Positions 1-9,988 of a stretch of DNA of 58,338 bases are shown here, piece after piece. The stretch comes from Lachnospiraceae bacterium (GTDB lineage Bacteria; Bacillota; Clostridia; Lachnospirales; Lachnospiraceae), in the NCBI GenBank assembly GCA_045580245.1, contig JAZNNL010000010.1, forward strand, positions 1 through 58,338, given 5' to 3'. Positions within the stretch are counted from its first letter, which is position 1. Every line of letters begins with the position of its first letter. The notes below the pieces were generated by a model. It was not told the origin of the DNA, made no database searches, and saw only the letters and a program-made list of their open reading frames with translations. A program made the translations under genes and the position numbers.

Positions 1-1252
1 CAATATAAGATAAATCAAGCTTCAGCTTATCATAAGGTGTCGTGTTGTATTTTCCATAGACCTGCGCATAACCCGCAAGTCCTGCTTTTACCTTCATGCG
101 GAATACAAACTCCGGCATTTCTTCCACATACTGGGCAATAATTTCCGGTCTCTCCGGTCTGGGTCCGATAAAGGACATATCCCCTTTGATAATGTTAATC
201 AGCTGGGGAAGCTCGTCCAGTCTGACTTTACGGATAAATTTACCGATAGGCGTAATGCGGGAATCATTTTTGGAAGCCAGTCTTGCCACACCGTCTTTTT
301 CCGCATCCACTCTCATACTGCGGAATTTCAAAATATGAAATTCTTTTCCGTCTATGGTGCAACGCACCTGTTTATAAAGTACAGGTCCTCTGTCATACAG
401 TTTCACCGCCAGTGCAGTCAGCAGCATAAAAGGGGAAGCCAGCACAAACAGGATCAATGCACATACCAAATCTATCATTCTCTTGCAGAATCTTTGTTCA
501 ATGGTAAGTACATACTCTCTGGTTAATAATAACGGGGTATCAAACAAATGTAACTCTTCCGCACCTTTGATAATCACATCCGGAATCTTGGGCATCATAT
601 AGGTACGGATGGATTTCCCGTAACAGTATTTTAGCAGTGCATTTCTGTCCTTTTCAGGTATATCCCACAACACAACTGCATCATATCTTTCCAAAGCTTC
701 TGCTTCGATTTTTGCAATTCCCTGATTGATATGCATGCATTTACTTACTTCAAACTTGTCCTTTCTGCGGGCAAATTTGGCCAAAATATCATCAATGGGT
801 CTGTCCCCGTGCACCAATAAAAGTTTACGGGGCGGAAATACATTCTTGTATATAAGGCTGGATACATTAATCCAAATCACAATCCAGACAAACTGGATAA
901 GCAACATACTTAAATAAACCGGCACCTCATACAGTTTCATCATCATCAATGAAATCTGCCCGTAAGTAACCACATTTACCAAAAGGGTTGCCAGAAGCTG
1001 TGAAAAAATCACTTCCAGATTCTTTAAATAGCCGATACGCATACCGCCGTACATATTGGAAAAAAAGAATAAGAGCACTGCGTAAATGGCAATAATCAGC
1101 CAGTGTCCCTTTTCCCACAGGGGCAAAAACGGCTTAATCTTTATGAAGTATACATTGTACCAGTAGTATGCATATATACCGATCTGTCCTGCCAGACAAA
1201 TGCCGGATAAAAACAATAATACCAGTCTTTTAAAGGATTCTATCTTTTTCAA
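1..1252 (-). CDS. Exopolysaccharide priming sugar transferase (polyprenyl glycosylphosphotransferase, WcaJ/CpsE-like); 3' end runs off the window
   Basis: Manual translation from TTG at 1252 (GAGGG RBS upstream): MKKIESFKRLVLLFLSG...KRMIDLV...KFRSMRVDAE...RITPIGKFIRKVRLDELPQLINIIKGDMSFIGPRPERPE..., which are Bac_transf motifs. Absent from the ORF track because no stop lies in the window. Confidence 0.92.
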   Translation of the reverse strand, partial: MKKIESFKRLVLLFLSGICLAGQIGIYAYYWYNVYFIKIKPFLPLWEKGHWLIIAIYAVLLFFFSNMYGGMRIGYLKNLEVIFSQLLATLLVNVVTYGQISLMMMKLYEVPVYLSMLLIQFVWIVIWINVSSLIYKNVFPPRKLLLVHGDRPIDDILAKFARRKDKFEVSKCMHINQGIAKIEAEALERYDAVVLWDIPEKDRNALLKYCYGKSIRTYMMPKIPDVIIKGAEELHLFDTPLLLTREYVLTIEQRFCKRMIDLVCALILFVLASPFMLLTALAVKLYDRGPVLYKQVRCTIDGKEFHILKFRSMRVDAEKDGVARLASKNDSRITPIGKFIRKVRLDELPQLINIIKGDMSFIGPRPERPEIIAQYVEEMPEFVFRMKVKAGLAGYAQVYGKYNTTPYDKLKLDLSYI

Positions 1253-1331
1253 TTTTCATCCCTCGTTATCTTAATTTTAGAAATATTTATCATTTTAGTA
1301 TACCATGTCCGGGCAGATGGTGCAACTTTTA

Positions 1332-2087
1332 CTAGATACGCCTCCACACTGCTCTAAATGCCCAGAATACAAAATTATAAATGCTGTATGGAACGGATAG
1401 CTTTTCTGATTTCCGATACAGGTTCCAGATGCGGCGGATAGCTTCCAGTTTGTTGGAAGACAAAGTCCCCCCCATCCTGCGGTAACGTACCAGATTTTCG
1501 TCCAGACCGTATGCCGTGATGCCTGTGCGCAACACTTTAAACCACAATGCGGTATCTTCACTTTTTATGATGGGCATGTTCAATTCTTCTTTTGCTATTT
1601 TTTGTGTATCAAACATAACCGTAGAAGTAAAGATGGTGGTATTCTTTAGTGCCTGTTTGTACACCAGTGTTTCGGGGACTTTTACCACCGTTCCGTTTCC
1701 TACACCGTTTTCATCTGCAAATTCATACCCCGTAAAGCAAAACGCCGCCTGTTTTTCTTCCATAAAAGCCAGCTGTTTCTCCAGTTTGTCGCTGCTCCAC
1801 AGATCATCTGCATCCACATAGGCAATAAAACGTCCGTCAGCCTTAGAAAGACCGTAATTTCTGGCTCTGGCTGCACCGCCGTTTTCCTTGGGCAATACAT
1901 GAATCCTCTCATCCGGCTCTTTTTCCAAATAGGCTTCTAATACCTTTGCCGTATCATCAGTAGAACCGTCTTCTACCAAAAGCAGTTCCCAGTTTTCATA
2001 AGTCTGTGCTTTTACACTGCGAATGGTTTCCTCTATATACTTTTGTGCATTGTACACCGGTACAATAATACTCACCTTATGCTCCAT
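1332..2087 (-). CDS. Family 2 glycosyltransferase (TuaG-like)
   Basis: VSIIVPVYN, VEDGSTD, GAARARN and YVDADD GT-A motifs; start placed at MEHKVS by RBS spacing. Confidence 0.9.
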   Translation of the reverse strand: MEHKVSIIVPVYNAQKYIEETIRSVKAQTYENWELLLVEDGSTDDTAKVLEAYLEKEPDERIHVLPKENGGAARARNYGLSKADGRFIAYVDADDLWSSDKLEKQLAFMEEKQAAFCFTGYEFADENGVGNGTVVKVPETLVYKQALKNTTIFTSTVMFDTQKIAKEELNMPIIKSEDTALWFKVLRTGITAYGLDENLVRYRRMGGTLSSNKLEAIRRIWNLYRKSEKLSVPYSIYNFVFWAFRAVWRRI

Positions 2088-2120
2088 GGCCTGCCATCCC
2101 ATCCTCTTACTCTGTATCCC

Positions 2121-3002
2121 TTACTCGTTTCCATAAACGACATACTTGTCAGTTTGTGCGAGCATATAATATGCTCCGGTATTCTCCAGTGCATATGCCA
2201 ATAAATCATTGTTGGCCCGCTCCAGCGAAAAAATCAAATAGTCACAGCCCTTTGCCTTACATAATTCTACGTAAGTCTGTTCCTGTAAATAAGCTTCTTC
2301 CACCAGTCCCGGTGCAGGCAAGGTACCATGCACCCAGTCATGAAGTCCCATAATATCTGACGGATATTTATCATACAGATACGCAGTCAGTTCCATTTCC
2401 GTCATATCCCTGCCGTAAAGTAACTTCATATCGCCGTCATATATTCGTGCCCAGGTAACCACTTCATCCGGAGCCGCCAAAAGCACGGTTTCTCCTTCCG
2501 GAATTTCAATCAAATCAAGAACTTCCCCGATTTCTTCAGGCAAACCGTCCTTACGGGTTACTTTTTCCGTTACACTTTCTGCCACAGATACCGTACCGCT
2601 TAAAAACAATAAAACTGCCAACGTTCCTATTACCAGACCTTCATATATCTTTTCCCGTCTGCCGGACACCGTTGCTTTCCATTTTCTGTCTTCTCTGGTT
2701 AATAACTGCAACATTTTCGCTGTAGCCACCACCAACCCATAGGCTAAAAGTGCGGTTAGCGGTAACCAGACCCACACAGTTTCATAATCAAAAAAAGCAG
2801 TCTGATATACGGTTAATAGTCTGGCAGTCACCGGACAAAGCAACAGAATCCCTGTCACAAGGGAAAACCACTTAAATTCTTTTCGCTTTCCTTCTCCCAG
2901 TAGCCACAAAAAAATCAGGGCTGCCAGATACAAAACAAGATACTGTCCGTTCTCTGCAAAACTGCCTTTTCCTGCTCCCCAGGATTCCAAAAGTTTTATC
3001 AT
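2121..3002 (-). CDS. Hypothetical membrane protein of the glycan locus
   Basis: 293 aa with several N-terminal hydrophobic segments and a soluble C-terminal region; overlaps the upstream gene by 4 bp. Confidence 0.7.
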   Translation of the reverse strand: MIKLLESWGAGKGSFAENGQYLVLYLAALIFLWLLGEGKRKEFKWFSLVTGILLLCPVTARLLTVYQTAFFDYETVWVWLPLTALLAYGLVVATAKMLQLLTREDRKWKATVSGRREKIYEGLVIGTLAVLLFLSGTVSVAESVTEKVTRKDGLPEEIGEVLDLIEIPEGETVLLAAPDEVVTWARIYDGDMKLLYGRDMTEMELTAYLYDKYPSDIMGLHDWVHGTLPAPGLVEEAYLQEQTYVELCKAKGCDYLIFSLERANNDLLAYALENTGAYYMLAQTDKYVVYGNE

Positions 3003-3913
3003 ACTTTTTTCCTCCTATCTGCAAGCATTTTCACAAATCTCATTATCGTGATGACCAAAACCGTCAACGCCACATATCCCAGACCATAGAATGTCCACAC
3101 CACAAACACTTCTGCAAGCAGGCACAAAACTACTTTCTTCCATTCACCCCTAAGGCAACACAAAAGGGCAAATGGCAACAACACGCAGACTCTCAAGGCA
3201 TTTCCCTGTCCGCCCTGAAAAAACAGCAAATAGCCATCCGTGACCGGGCTATAGCATCCGAATTGATAAATCAATGCTACAAATAACATAAACCACACCT
3301 GTTTTTTCCCTTCTTCCGGGAAAAAATAAACTGCCAGCCTGCTGTAAACCAGATAACTTAACAAAAGGATGACCATGGGCATAATCCGAAAACAAACTGT
3401 GGAAACATCCAGTCCTGTCCATTTACAAAACACACCATACAAAGTGGGCAATACCAGTACTTTTAAACGCATCGGCATACCTGCACTATAAGCCTGTCCC
3501 GTCAGGGGATTGATTTGATAAATCGTATCTGTGGCAAGCATGGTCTGTACCGTCTCACCGGTAATATCCTGTGTGATATAAGGGGTATGCATCCAAAAAT
3601 TCCAAATAATCTGAAACAAAACAATTCCTATAAACAACAGCGTACAAACCGGATACAGTCTAAGCACCGTATAGAGAGCAATTCCTTTCTTTAATCCGGT
3701 GACCGTCTTTTGTTCCGCTCTCACTTTTCTACGCCAAATCCCATAGAACCCCAGACTTAAAAGCCCGGACATAAACAGGGCTGCCATCATTACTGCACAC
3801 GAAGAAAAGGGCATTCCCAAAAAGAGTGCCGCCAAATGTGCCACCTCCGCCAGTAACAACGCAATAAGGCTTCCTACAATTAATTTATCCGCAATACTGT
3901 TGGCCTTTTTCAT
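2999..3913 (-). CDS. Polytopic membrane protein (DUF6077-like)
   Basis: 304 aa with many TM segments; the loop TDTIYQINPLTG resembles DUF6077 proteins (recognition from memory, not searched). Confidence 0.6.
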   Translation of the reverse strand: MKKANSIADKLIVGSLIALLLAEVAHLAALFLGMPFSSCAVMMAALFMSGLLSLGFYGIWRRKVRAEQKTVTGLKKGIALYTVLRLYPVCTLLFIGIVLFQIIWNFWMHTPYITQDITGETVQTMLATDTIYQINPLTGQAYSAGMPMRLKVLVLPTLYGVFCKWTGLDVSTVCFRIMPMVILLLSYLVYSRLAVYFFPEEGKKQVWFMLFVALIYQFGCYSPVTDGYLLFFQGGQGNALRVCVLLPFALLCCLRGEWKKVVLCLLAEVFVVWTFYGLGYVALTVLVITIMRFVKMLADRRKKV

Positions 3914-4010
3914 CCTATACCTTCTAAAAGTGCAATTTTTCTTGTTTCACACCATTCTTTCCTATAAACTCTATCCAATTTTACCATAATTATCAAACAA
4001 GTACAACGCA

Positions 4011-4043
4011 AAACAGCAGGAAGTCTGTTACTTCCTGCTGTTT
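4011..4043 (-). terminator. Rho-independent terminator after the Spo0A_C gene
   Basis: Perfect stem AAACAGCAGGAAGT-ctgtt-ACTTCCTGCTGTTT, with a T-run on the minus strand. Confidence 0.8.
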
Positions 4044-4053
4044 ATTATTTACA

Positions 4054-4431
4054 TTACATAGCTTTCACATCCAACCGGATTTTATCTGCTATCCTTGCAA
4101 TATACTCGCTGTTTGTAGGGCGGGATTTCCCATCTCGGACAGAATACCCGAAAAGCTTTTCAAACACCTGTACATTGCCTCTTTCCCATGAAACTTCTAT
4201 AGCGTTGCGGATAGCTCGTTCCACCTTCTGGTCCGTAGTCTTAAAACGTCTGGCTATGACCGGATACATTAGCTTCGTTACACTGGTTACCGTCTCCGCA
4301 TCCCTTTCTGTCATCAGAATCGCATTGCGCAGATAATAATACCCCTTCAGATGAGCCGGAACACCCATTTCCAACATAATCTCCGTTATGTAGCTTTCTA
4401 ACTGTGGGTCATTCATTGCGGTTATTTCCAT
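4054..4431 (-). CDS. Stand-alone Spo0A C-terminal DNA-binding domain protein
   Basis: GVPAHLKGYYYLR, VTKLMYP, VERAIRNAIEVSWERG and PTNSEYIARIADK match the Spo0A effector domain; no receiver domain. Confidence 0.88.
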   Translation of the reverse strand: MEITAMNDPQLESYITEIMLEMGVPAHLKGYYYLRNAILMTERDAETVTSVTKLMYPVIARRFKTTDQKVERAIRNAIEVSWERGNVQVFEKLFGYSVRDGKSRPTNSEYIARIADKIRLDVKAM

Positions 4432-4571
4432 CCTTATCCCCTTCCTTGCTGTCATTTACAAAACGGTTCTGTCTTGGTAAAAATATCCTAACACATTTGT
4501 AAATCACATAAAAGACAAATGAAAAGGGTTTCCGTCGCATAATATTTACAAAATCCACCATTATCTCTTGC

Positions 4572-5501
4572 TTACAGTTCTTCTTTCAACAAATAAATGG
4601 GACGTCTCTTTACTTCCATGTAAGTTTTTGCCAGATATTGTCCCACAATACCCAGACAAAACAGCTGCACACCGCTGGCCAGAGATATGATACATATCAT
4701 GGAGGGCCATCCGGCAACAGGGTCACCGAATATGAGTGTACGCACAATAATAAAGATTATCAATATAAACGCTATGAAGCAGAACAGCACGCCTACCACA
4801 GCCGCAAAAGATAAAGGGGCCGTGGAAAATGCCGTAATGCCTTCAATGGAATATAAAAGCAGTTTCCAGAAATTCCACTTGGTTTCGCCTTTTACCCGTT
4901 CCACATTTTCATATTCCAGCCATTTAGTCCTGAAACCGACCCAGCCGAAAATACCTTTGGTAAAACGGTTATATTCTTTCATTTCCAGAATGGCATCCAC
5001 CATCTGGCGGGTCATCAGACGATAATCCCTGGCACCATCCATCATCTCCGTCTTGGAAATCCGTTTCATCATGCGATAAAACATACGTGCAAAAAAGGAA
5101 CGGATAGGAGGCTCTCCTTTTCGGGTTACCCTTCTGGTTGCAACAGAATCATAGCCTTCCTCCAGATGCGCTATCATCTGGGGCAGCAAAGAAGGCGGAT
5201 CCTGTAAATCCACATCCATAATTACCACATAATCTCCCTTGGATTTCTCCATACCTGCGTACATGGCTGCCTCTTTCCCAAAGTTACGGGAAAAGGAAAG
5301 CAAGTGTACTCTTTCATCAGATTCATGGAGTTTTTTTACTTCTGCCGCCGTATGGTCTTTAGAGCCGTCATCCACATACAAAATTTCCCACTCAATGTCC
5401 TTTTCTTTCAAAAAAGGCGCATTCTTTATAAATTCCTCATAAAAATAAGGGATATTTTCTTCCTCGTTATAACAGGGTACAACTACACTTAAAAGTTTCA
5501 T
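4572..5501 (-). CDS. GT2 polyprenol-phosphate glycosyltransferase (GtrB/YkoT-like)
   Basis: LSVVVPCYNEEE, VDDGSKD, SRNFGKEAA and MDVDLQDPP, plus two C-terminal TM helices. Confidence 0.9.
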   Translation of the reverse strand: MKLLSVVVPCYNEEENIPYFYEEFIKNAPFLKEKDIEWEILYVDDGSKDHTAAEVKKLHESDERVHLLSFSRNFGKEAAMYAGMEKSKGDYVVIMDVDLQDPPSLLPQMIAHLEEGYDSVATRRVTRKGEPPIRSFFARMFYRMMKRISKTEMMDGARDYRLMTRQMVDAILEMKEYNRFTKGIFGWVGFRTKWLEYENVERVKGETKWNFWKLLLYSIEGITAFSTAPLSFAAVVGVLFCFIAFILIIFIIVRTLIFGDPVAGWPSMICIISLASGVQLFCLGIVGQYLAKTYMEVKRRPIYLLKEEL

Positions 5502-5517
5502 GTTTTCTCTCCAAATC

Positions 5518-6594
5518 CTACAGATACTCTGTCCGACCGCGCTTTTCCAATTCTTCCACAATTGTCCTGACTTCCTGTGTTTTATCCTTAGGGCAAACCA
5601 GTATGGCATCCGCAGATTCCACTACGATTAAATCTTTCACAAAAGCCGTCACCAACAACTTATCTTTAGCATAACAGATTGTCCCCTCTGTGTCCACCAA
5701 AACACAATTTCCCACATCCACATTGCCTTTGGTATCCGCTTTATGCAGCACTTCCAATGCATCCAGATTTCCTACATCACTCCAGCCAAAATCACCGTCT
5801 AATACGATGACTTTGTCCGCTCTTTCCATAATACCGTAATCTATGGAAATTTTCGGAATGTGGGGATATACTTTATCCAGAACCTCCTGCTCCTTAAGGG
5901 TTCCCATTGCATCTCCGATTTCCTGTAAACAATCGTAAATATCCGGGAGCAGTCTCTGAAAATACTGAAGAATCAGGGACGCTTTCCAGACAAACATGCC
6001 GCTGTTCCAGACATAGTTCCCCTCTTCCAGATAGTATCTTGCTATTTCTTCCGCAGGCTTTTCCACAAACTCTTCCACAAGACTGTAATCTGTTGCCAGC
6101 TCTTCTTTTACCGCCTGCTTGCGGATATATCCGTATCCGGTGGAAGGGAAAGTAGGGGTAATTCCTATGGTAACCAGACAGTTTTTTTCCTCAGCAAGAC
6201 TGATGGCACGGTCAATGGTTTTCGTAAAAGCAGCTTCATCCTGTATATAATGGTCAGATGGTACCACACACATAACACCGTCGCCATATTTTTTTACGAT
6301 TTCCATGGCCGCATAACCGATACATGCCGCGGTATTCCGTGCCGCCGGTTCTGCCAGAATATGTGTCTTTTCAATTCTGCCGTCCATCATGGCAAACGTT
6401 TTTTCGGCATAGGATACATTGGTTACCACAAAAATATCGCCACCTTTTATGGATGGCAGTAATCTGTCAAAGGTTTCATTTACCAGTATATCCTTCCCGG
6501 TTAAGTTTAAAAACTGTTTGGGAAGCTCTCTGCGGCTTAACGGCCAAAAGCGGGTTCCCCCGCCTCCTGCCATAATGACTCCGTATGTTTTCAT
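5518..6594 (-). CDS. manC: Mannose-1-phosphate guanylyltransferase
   Basis: IMAGGGGTRFWPLSR..PKQF, EPAARNTA, FVEKP, WNSGMF, SIDYGIME, WSDVG. Confidence 0.93.
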   Translation of the reverse strand: MKTYGVIMAGGGGTRFWPLSRRELPKQFLNLTGKDILVNETFDRLLPSIKGGDIFVVTNVSYAEKTFAMMDGRIEKTHILAEPAARNTAACIGYAAMEIVKKYGDGVMCVVPSDHYIQDEAAFTKTIDRAISLAEEKNCLVTIGITPTFPSTGYGYIRKQAVKEELATDYSLVEEFVEKPAEEIARYYLEEGNYVWNSGMFVWKASLILQYFQRLLPDIYDCLQEIGDAMGTLKEQEVLDKVYPHIPKISIDYGIMERADKVIVLDGDFGWSDVGNLDALEVLHKADTKGNVDVGNCVLVDTEGTICYAKDKLLVTAFVKDLIVVESADAILVCPKDKTQEVRTIVEELEKRGRTEYL

Positions 6595-7535
6595 TATAAT
6601 CTTGCCTCTTCGATATTATCGCAAAACCATTGGTATGCCAGTTCCACACCTTCTTTTAATTCTACCTGATGCTTCCAGCCAAGCCCGTGAAGTTTTGACA
6701 CATCTGTCAGTTTTCTGGGTGTGCCGTCAGGCATATTGCTATTCCATACAATATCGCCGGTGTAGCCCACTGCTTCTCTTACTGTTTCTGCCAGTTCTTT
6801 AATACTTACCTCTTTGCCGGTTCCGATATTCACATGCTCTTCCCCGTCATAGTTTTCCAAAAGATATACGCAGGCATCCGCCATATCGTCCACATACAGA
6901 AACTCTCTTAAAGGGGTACCGGTTCCCCACAGTTCCACACTCGGTGCATTGTTTTTCTTTGCCTCATGGAATTTACGGATCATCGCAGGCATAACATGGG
7001 AATTTTCCAAATCATAGTTATCTCTGGGACCGTATAAATTAGTGGGCATACAACTGATAAAGTTATCCCCGTACTGTCTCTTAAAGAATTTACACATTTC
7101 CAGACCTGCAATTTTTGCAATGGCATAGGCTTCGTTGGTCACTTCCAGCGGCCCTGTCAGCAATGCACTTTCCGGAATAGGCTGGGGCGCCATCTTGGGA
7201 TAAATACAGGTACTGCCTAAAAATAACAGTTTCTTCACTTTATAATCATGTGCCGCCTTAATCACGTTACACTGAATCTGCAGATTTTCATAGGCAAAAT
7301 CCGCGGGTGCAGTATTGTTGGCATTGATACCGCCCACCTTTGCAGCCGCCAGTACCACCACATCCGGCTTTTCTTCTTCAAAAAAGGCTCTTACATCCGC
7401 CTGATTGGTCAAATCCAACTCCTTATGGGTCCGCCCAACAATATTCGTATACCCCTTGCTTTCTAAATTCCTGACAATGGCACTACCAACAAGCCCCCTA
7501 TGCCCCGCTACATATATTTTATCCGTCTTCTTCAT
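6594..7535 (-). CDS. fcl: GDP-L-fucose synthase
   Basis: [41 protein letters not shown] and [14 protein letters not shown]; adjacent to gmd. Confidence 0.96.
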   Translation of the reverse strand: MKKTDKIYVAGHRGLVGSAIVRNLESKGYTNIVGRTHKELDLTNQADVRAFFEEEKPDVVVLAAAKVGGINANNTAPADFAYENLQIQCNVIKAAHDYKVKKLLFLGSTCIYPKMAPQPIPESALLTGPLEVTNEAYAIAKIAGLEMCKFFKRQYGDNFISCMPTNLYGPRDNYDLENSHVMPAMIRKFHEAKKNNAPSVELWGTGTPLREFLYVDDMADACVYLLENYDGEEHVNIGTGKEVSIKELAETVREAVGYTGDIVWNSNMPDGTPRKLTDVSKLHGLGWKHQVELKEGVELAYQWFCDNIEEARL

Positions 7536-7564
7536 CTTCCTTATCTCTCCTTAACATCGAAAAC

Positions 7565-7738
7565 TAAGTATGTTTGCTGCTGCCTTGAAAAGCTTTCCTC
7601 TAAAGACCCTTGCCAAACGTCGGCGCTTAGCGAGAAGGCTTCCTTTTGAAGCATTCGAGCTTAGCGTCCGTTACGTTTGGCACGGAGCGAAAGCGCGTCT
7701 GTGAGGAAACTTTTCAAGGCATCCGGAACACCTACTTA
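7565..7738 (+). repeat. Dispersed structured intergenic element, copy A (core 7581-7721)
   Basis: Paired arms TGCCTTGAAAAG-C-TTTCCTC / GAGGAAA-CTTTTCAAGGCA, AGAC/GTCT, TGCCAAACGT/ACGTTTGGCA and CGCTTAGC/GCTTAGCG, plus a GCGAAAGC side hairpin; homologous to copies B-E. Confidence 0.85.
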
Positions 7739-8803
7739 TTTTTCAATATTTCTAAACTCCTCACAACTCATACCGGCCACGGCCTTCATATCCGCATCCA
7801 TCATCATAGCTGCCAGTTCCTGAAATCCAATCTCACGCTGCCAGCCCAGTTCTGTTTCCGCCTTGGTGGCATCGCCCCACAAAAATTCTACTTCTGCGGG
7901 TCTGTAGAATACAGGATTGACATCTACTAACAGTTTACCGGTAGCTGCATCGTAACCTTTTTCATCCACACCGGTGCCTTCCCAGCGGATGGTTATCCCC
8001 AGATTTTTGAAGCTTTCTTCCACAAATTCACGAACGGTATGGGTCTGTCCGGTCGCCAGCACGTAATCGCCGGGCTTTTCCTGTTGCAACATCATCCACA
8101 TACCTTTCACGTAGTCTCCTGCAAATCCCCAGTCACGCTTGGCATCCATATTACCCAAAGACAGCTTTTCCTGTTTCCCTGCCATGATATTTGCAATAGC
8201 TAAGGTGATTTTACGAGTCACAAAATTTTCACCTCTTCTGGGTGATTCGTGGTTAAACAGAATGCCGTTGCAGGCAAACATGTTGTAAGACTCTCTGTAG
8301 TTTACGGTAATCCAGTAGGAGTACAGTTTTGCCACGCCGTAAGGACTCTTAGGGTAAAAAGGTGTTTTCTCACTCTGGGGTGCCGTTTCCGGCAAGCCTC
8401 CAAACAATTCAGAGGTAGATGCCTGATAAAAACGGCATTCACCGCCCCAAAGTCTGATTGCTTCCAAAAGCTTTAGCGTACCAACGCCGGTAGCTTCCGC
8501 CGTATATTCAGGAACTTCAAAAGAAATGCCTACATGGGACTGGGCAGCCAGATTATACACTTCAGACGGTTTTATCTCTGCCACCAGTCTGATCAAATTA
8601 CTGGAATCCGTCAAATCTCCGTAATGCAGGAAAAATTTAGTATTGTTATATTCTGACTTTAAAACACTGTCCAGTCTGTCCAGATTTTCTGTACTGTGAC
8701 GACGGATAATTCCGTGCACCTCATATCCCTTCTCTAATAAAAACTCTGCAAGATAAGAACCATCCTGTCCTGTAATACCTGTAATAAGTGCTGTTTTACT
8801 CAT
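7736..8803 (-). CDS. gmd: GDP-mannose 4,6-dehydratase
   Basis: [55 protein letters not shown]. Confidence 0.97.
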   Translation of the reverse strand: MSKTALITGITGQDGSYLAEFLLEKGYEVHGIIRRHSTENLDRLDSVLKSEYNNTKFFLHYGDLTDSSNLIRLVAEIKPSEVYNLAAQSHVGISFEVPEYTAEATGVGTLKLLEAIRLWGGECRFYQASTSELFGGLPETAPQSEKTPFYPKSPYGVAKLYSYWITVNYRESYNMFACNGILFNHESPRRGENFVTRKITLAIANIMAGKQEKLSLGNMDAKRDWGFAGDYVKGMWMMLQQEKPGDYVLATGQTHTVREFVEESFKNLGITIRWEGTGVDEKGYDAATGKLLVDVNPVFYRPAEVEFLWGDATKAETELGWQREIGFQELAAMMMDADMKAVAGMSCEEFRNIEK

Positions 8804-8816
8804 TTTTATCCTTTCT

Positions 8817-9000
8817 TAGGTTGGTTTGCATGTGCTATCCGATGCAATATACTTCCACGCAAGGACCGTTAGGAAACGCCGGTCCTTAGTATGCGTTTAA
8901 AGCGAAGCTTTGCATACTTAGTACCGCTGCGTTTACTGTCGAGCGAAAGTGCGTCCTGCGGGGAAATATATTGTATCGGATGGCTGGTGCAATCAACCTA
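8817..9000 (+). repeat. Dispersed structured intergenic element, copy B (most diverged)
   Basis: Paired arms GCTATCCGATGCAATATA/TATATTGTATCGGATGGC, GGAC/GTCC, AAACGC/GCGTTT and GGTCCTTAGT/ACTTAGTACC; apical AAAGCGAAGCTTT; side hairpin GCGAAAGT. Confidence 0.8.
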
Positions 9001-9031
9001 CTCAATATTAAAAATTATATTATTTTTCCAA

Positions 9032-9071
9032 TTCACAAATGAAGTATACTATTGTATAATCAGGTTATCAA
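9032..9071. promoter_or_regulatory. Overlapping divergent sigma-A promoters for araC (+) and gmd (-)
   Basis: Plus strand: TTCACA (9032-37), 17 bp, TATAAT (9055-60). Minus strand: TTGATA (9071-66), 17 bp, TATACT (9048-43). Confidence 0.65.
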
Positions 9072-9129
9072 GTCATTATGTTGCTGTTAAATTGCAAAAT
9101 ATTGCTATCGCAATACAGAAGGGAGTTTT

Positions 9130-9963
9130 ATGGCAAATTCACATTCCGAGCGTATTCTGGTTACACCATCCGCTTATACAAAAAAGCATTATCTCTACAT
9201 CCAGGAAATTGGAACGTTAACCAGTTTAGAGCCCCATTTAAGCAGGCGTGAACGGTTGGACTCCTATCTTTTCTTTATTGTGACACAGGGTAGCGGTACC
9301 GTCACCATAAATGGTGAAGCCTTTGATGTCAAAGCCGGTGACTGCGTCTGGTTAAACTGTCTGGTTCCCTATTCTCACAAAAGTAACCTGCATGATCCAT
9401 GGACTCTGCACTGGGTACATTTTAACGGCTCCCAGGTTCCCCCTTTTTATCAGCTCTTTGGGGATAAGGGGGGCTCTGCAGTTTATACCCCGGCAGGTCT
9501 CTCTTCTTATAGCGAAATTTTACAGACGCTTTTTAGGTTACAACAGAAACCTGAAGTTCTTACGGATTTACTTTCACATAAGTATCTGACGGATTTGATT
9601 GCCTTGATTTTTACGGATGCCCTGCACCGCAGTACAGATGTCTCTGTACCCAATAAATTTATAGATATTCAAAACTATATCGAAAACAATTATACGCAGA
9701 AAATCACTTTGGATTCCCTTGCCGCACAGTTTTTCATCAGTAAGTATCACTTACACAGGGAATACCAAAAATTATTTGGCACTACTATTACCAATGCACT
9801 TTCCCTAAAGCGCCTTGCCCACGCAAAAAAACTGCTACGTTTTTCAAAGGACAGCATAGAAAGCATTGCCGTTTCCAGCGGTTTTCAAACCGCCTCTTAT
9901 TTTATTAAGGTCTTTAAAAAATATGAAGGTATGACACCTCTTGAGTATCGGCGCAAGTGGTGA
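9130..9963 (+). CDS. AraC family transcriptional regulator
   Basis: N-terminal cupin-like ligand domain (WTLHWVHF) and C-terminal double HTH (SGFQTASYFIKVFKKYEGMTPLEYR). Confidence 0.92.
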   Translation: MANSHSERILVTPSAYTKKHYLYIQEIGTLTSLEPHLSRRERLDSYLFFIVTQGSGTVTINGEAFDVKAGDCVWLNCLVPYSHKSNLHDPWTLHWVHFNGSQVPPFYQLFGDKGGSAVYTPAGLSSYSEILQTLFRLQQKPEVLTDLLSHKYLTDLIALIFTDALHRSTDVSVPNKFIDIQNYIENNYTQKITLDSLAAQFFISKYHLHREYQKLFGTTITNALSLKRLAHAKKLLRFSKDSIESIAVSSGFQTASYFIKVFKKYEGMTPLEYRRKW

Positions 9964-9988
9964 TATACTAAGGCAAACGAGGTGACTT

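Noticed and set aside
7646-9220. ORFs 7646-7930 and 8891-9220 (and 38498-38770) that run through the elements
   Set aside because: They have no RBS, overlap real genes, and the reading frame is not conserved between copies.
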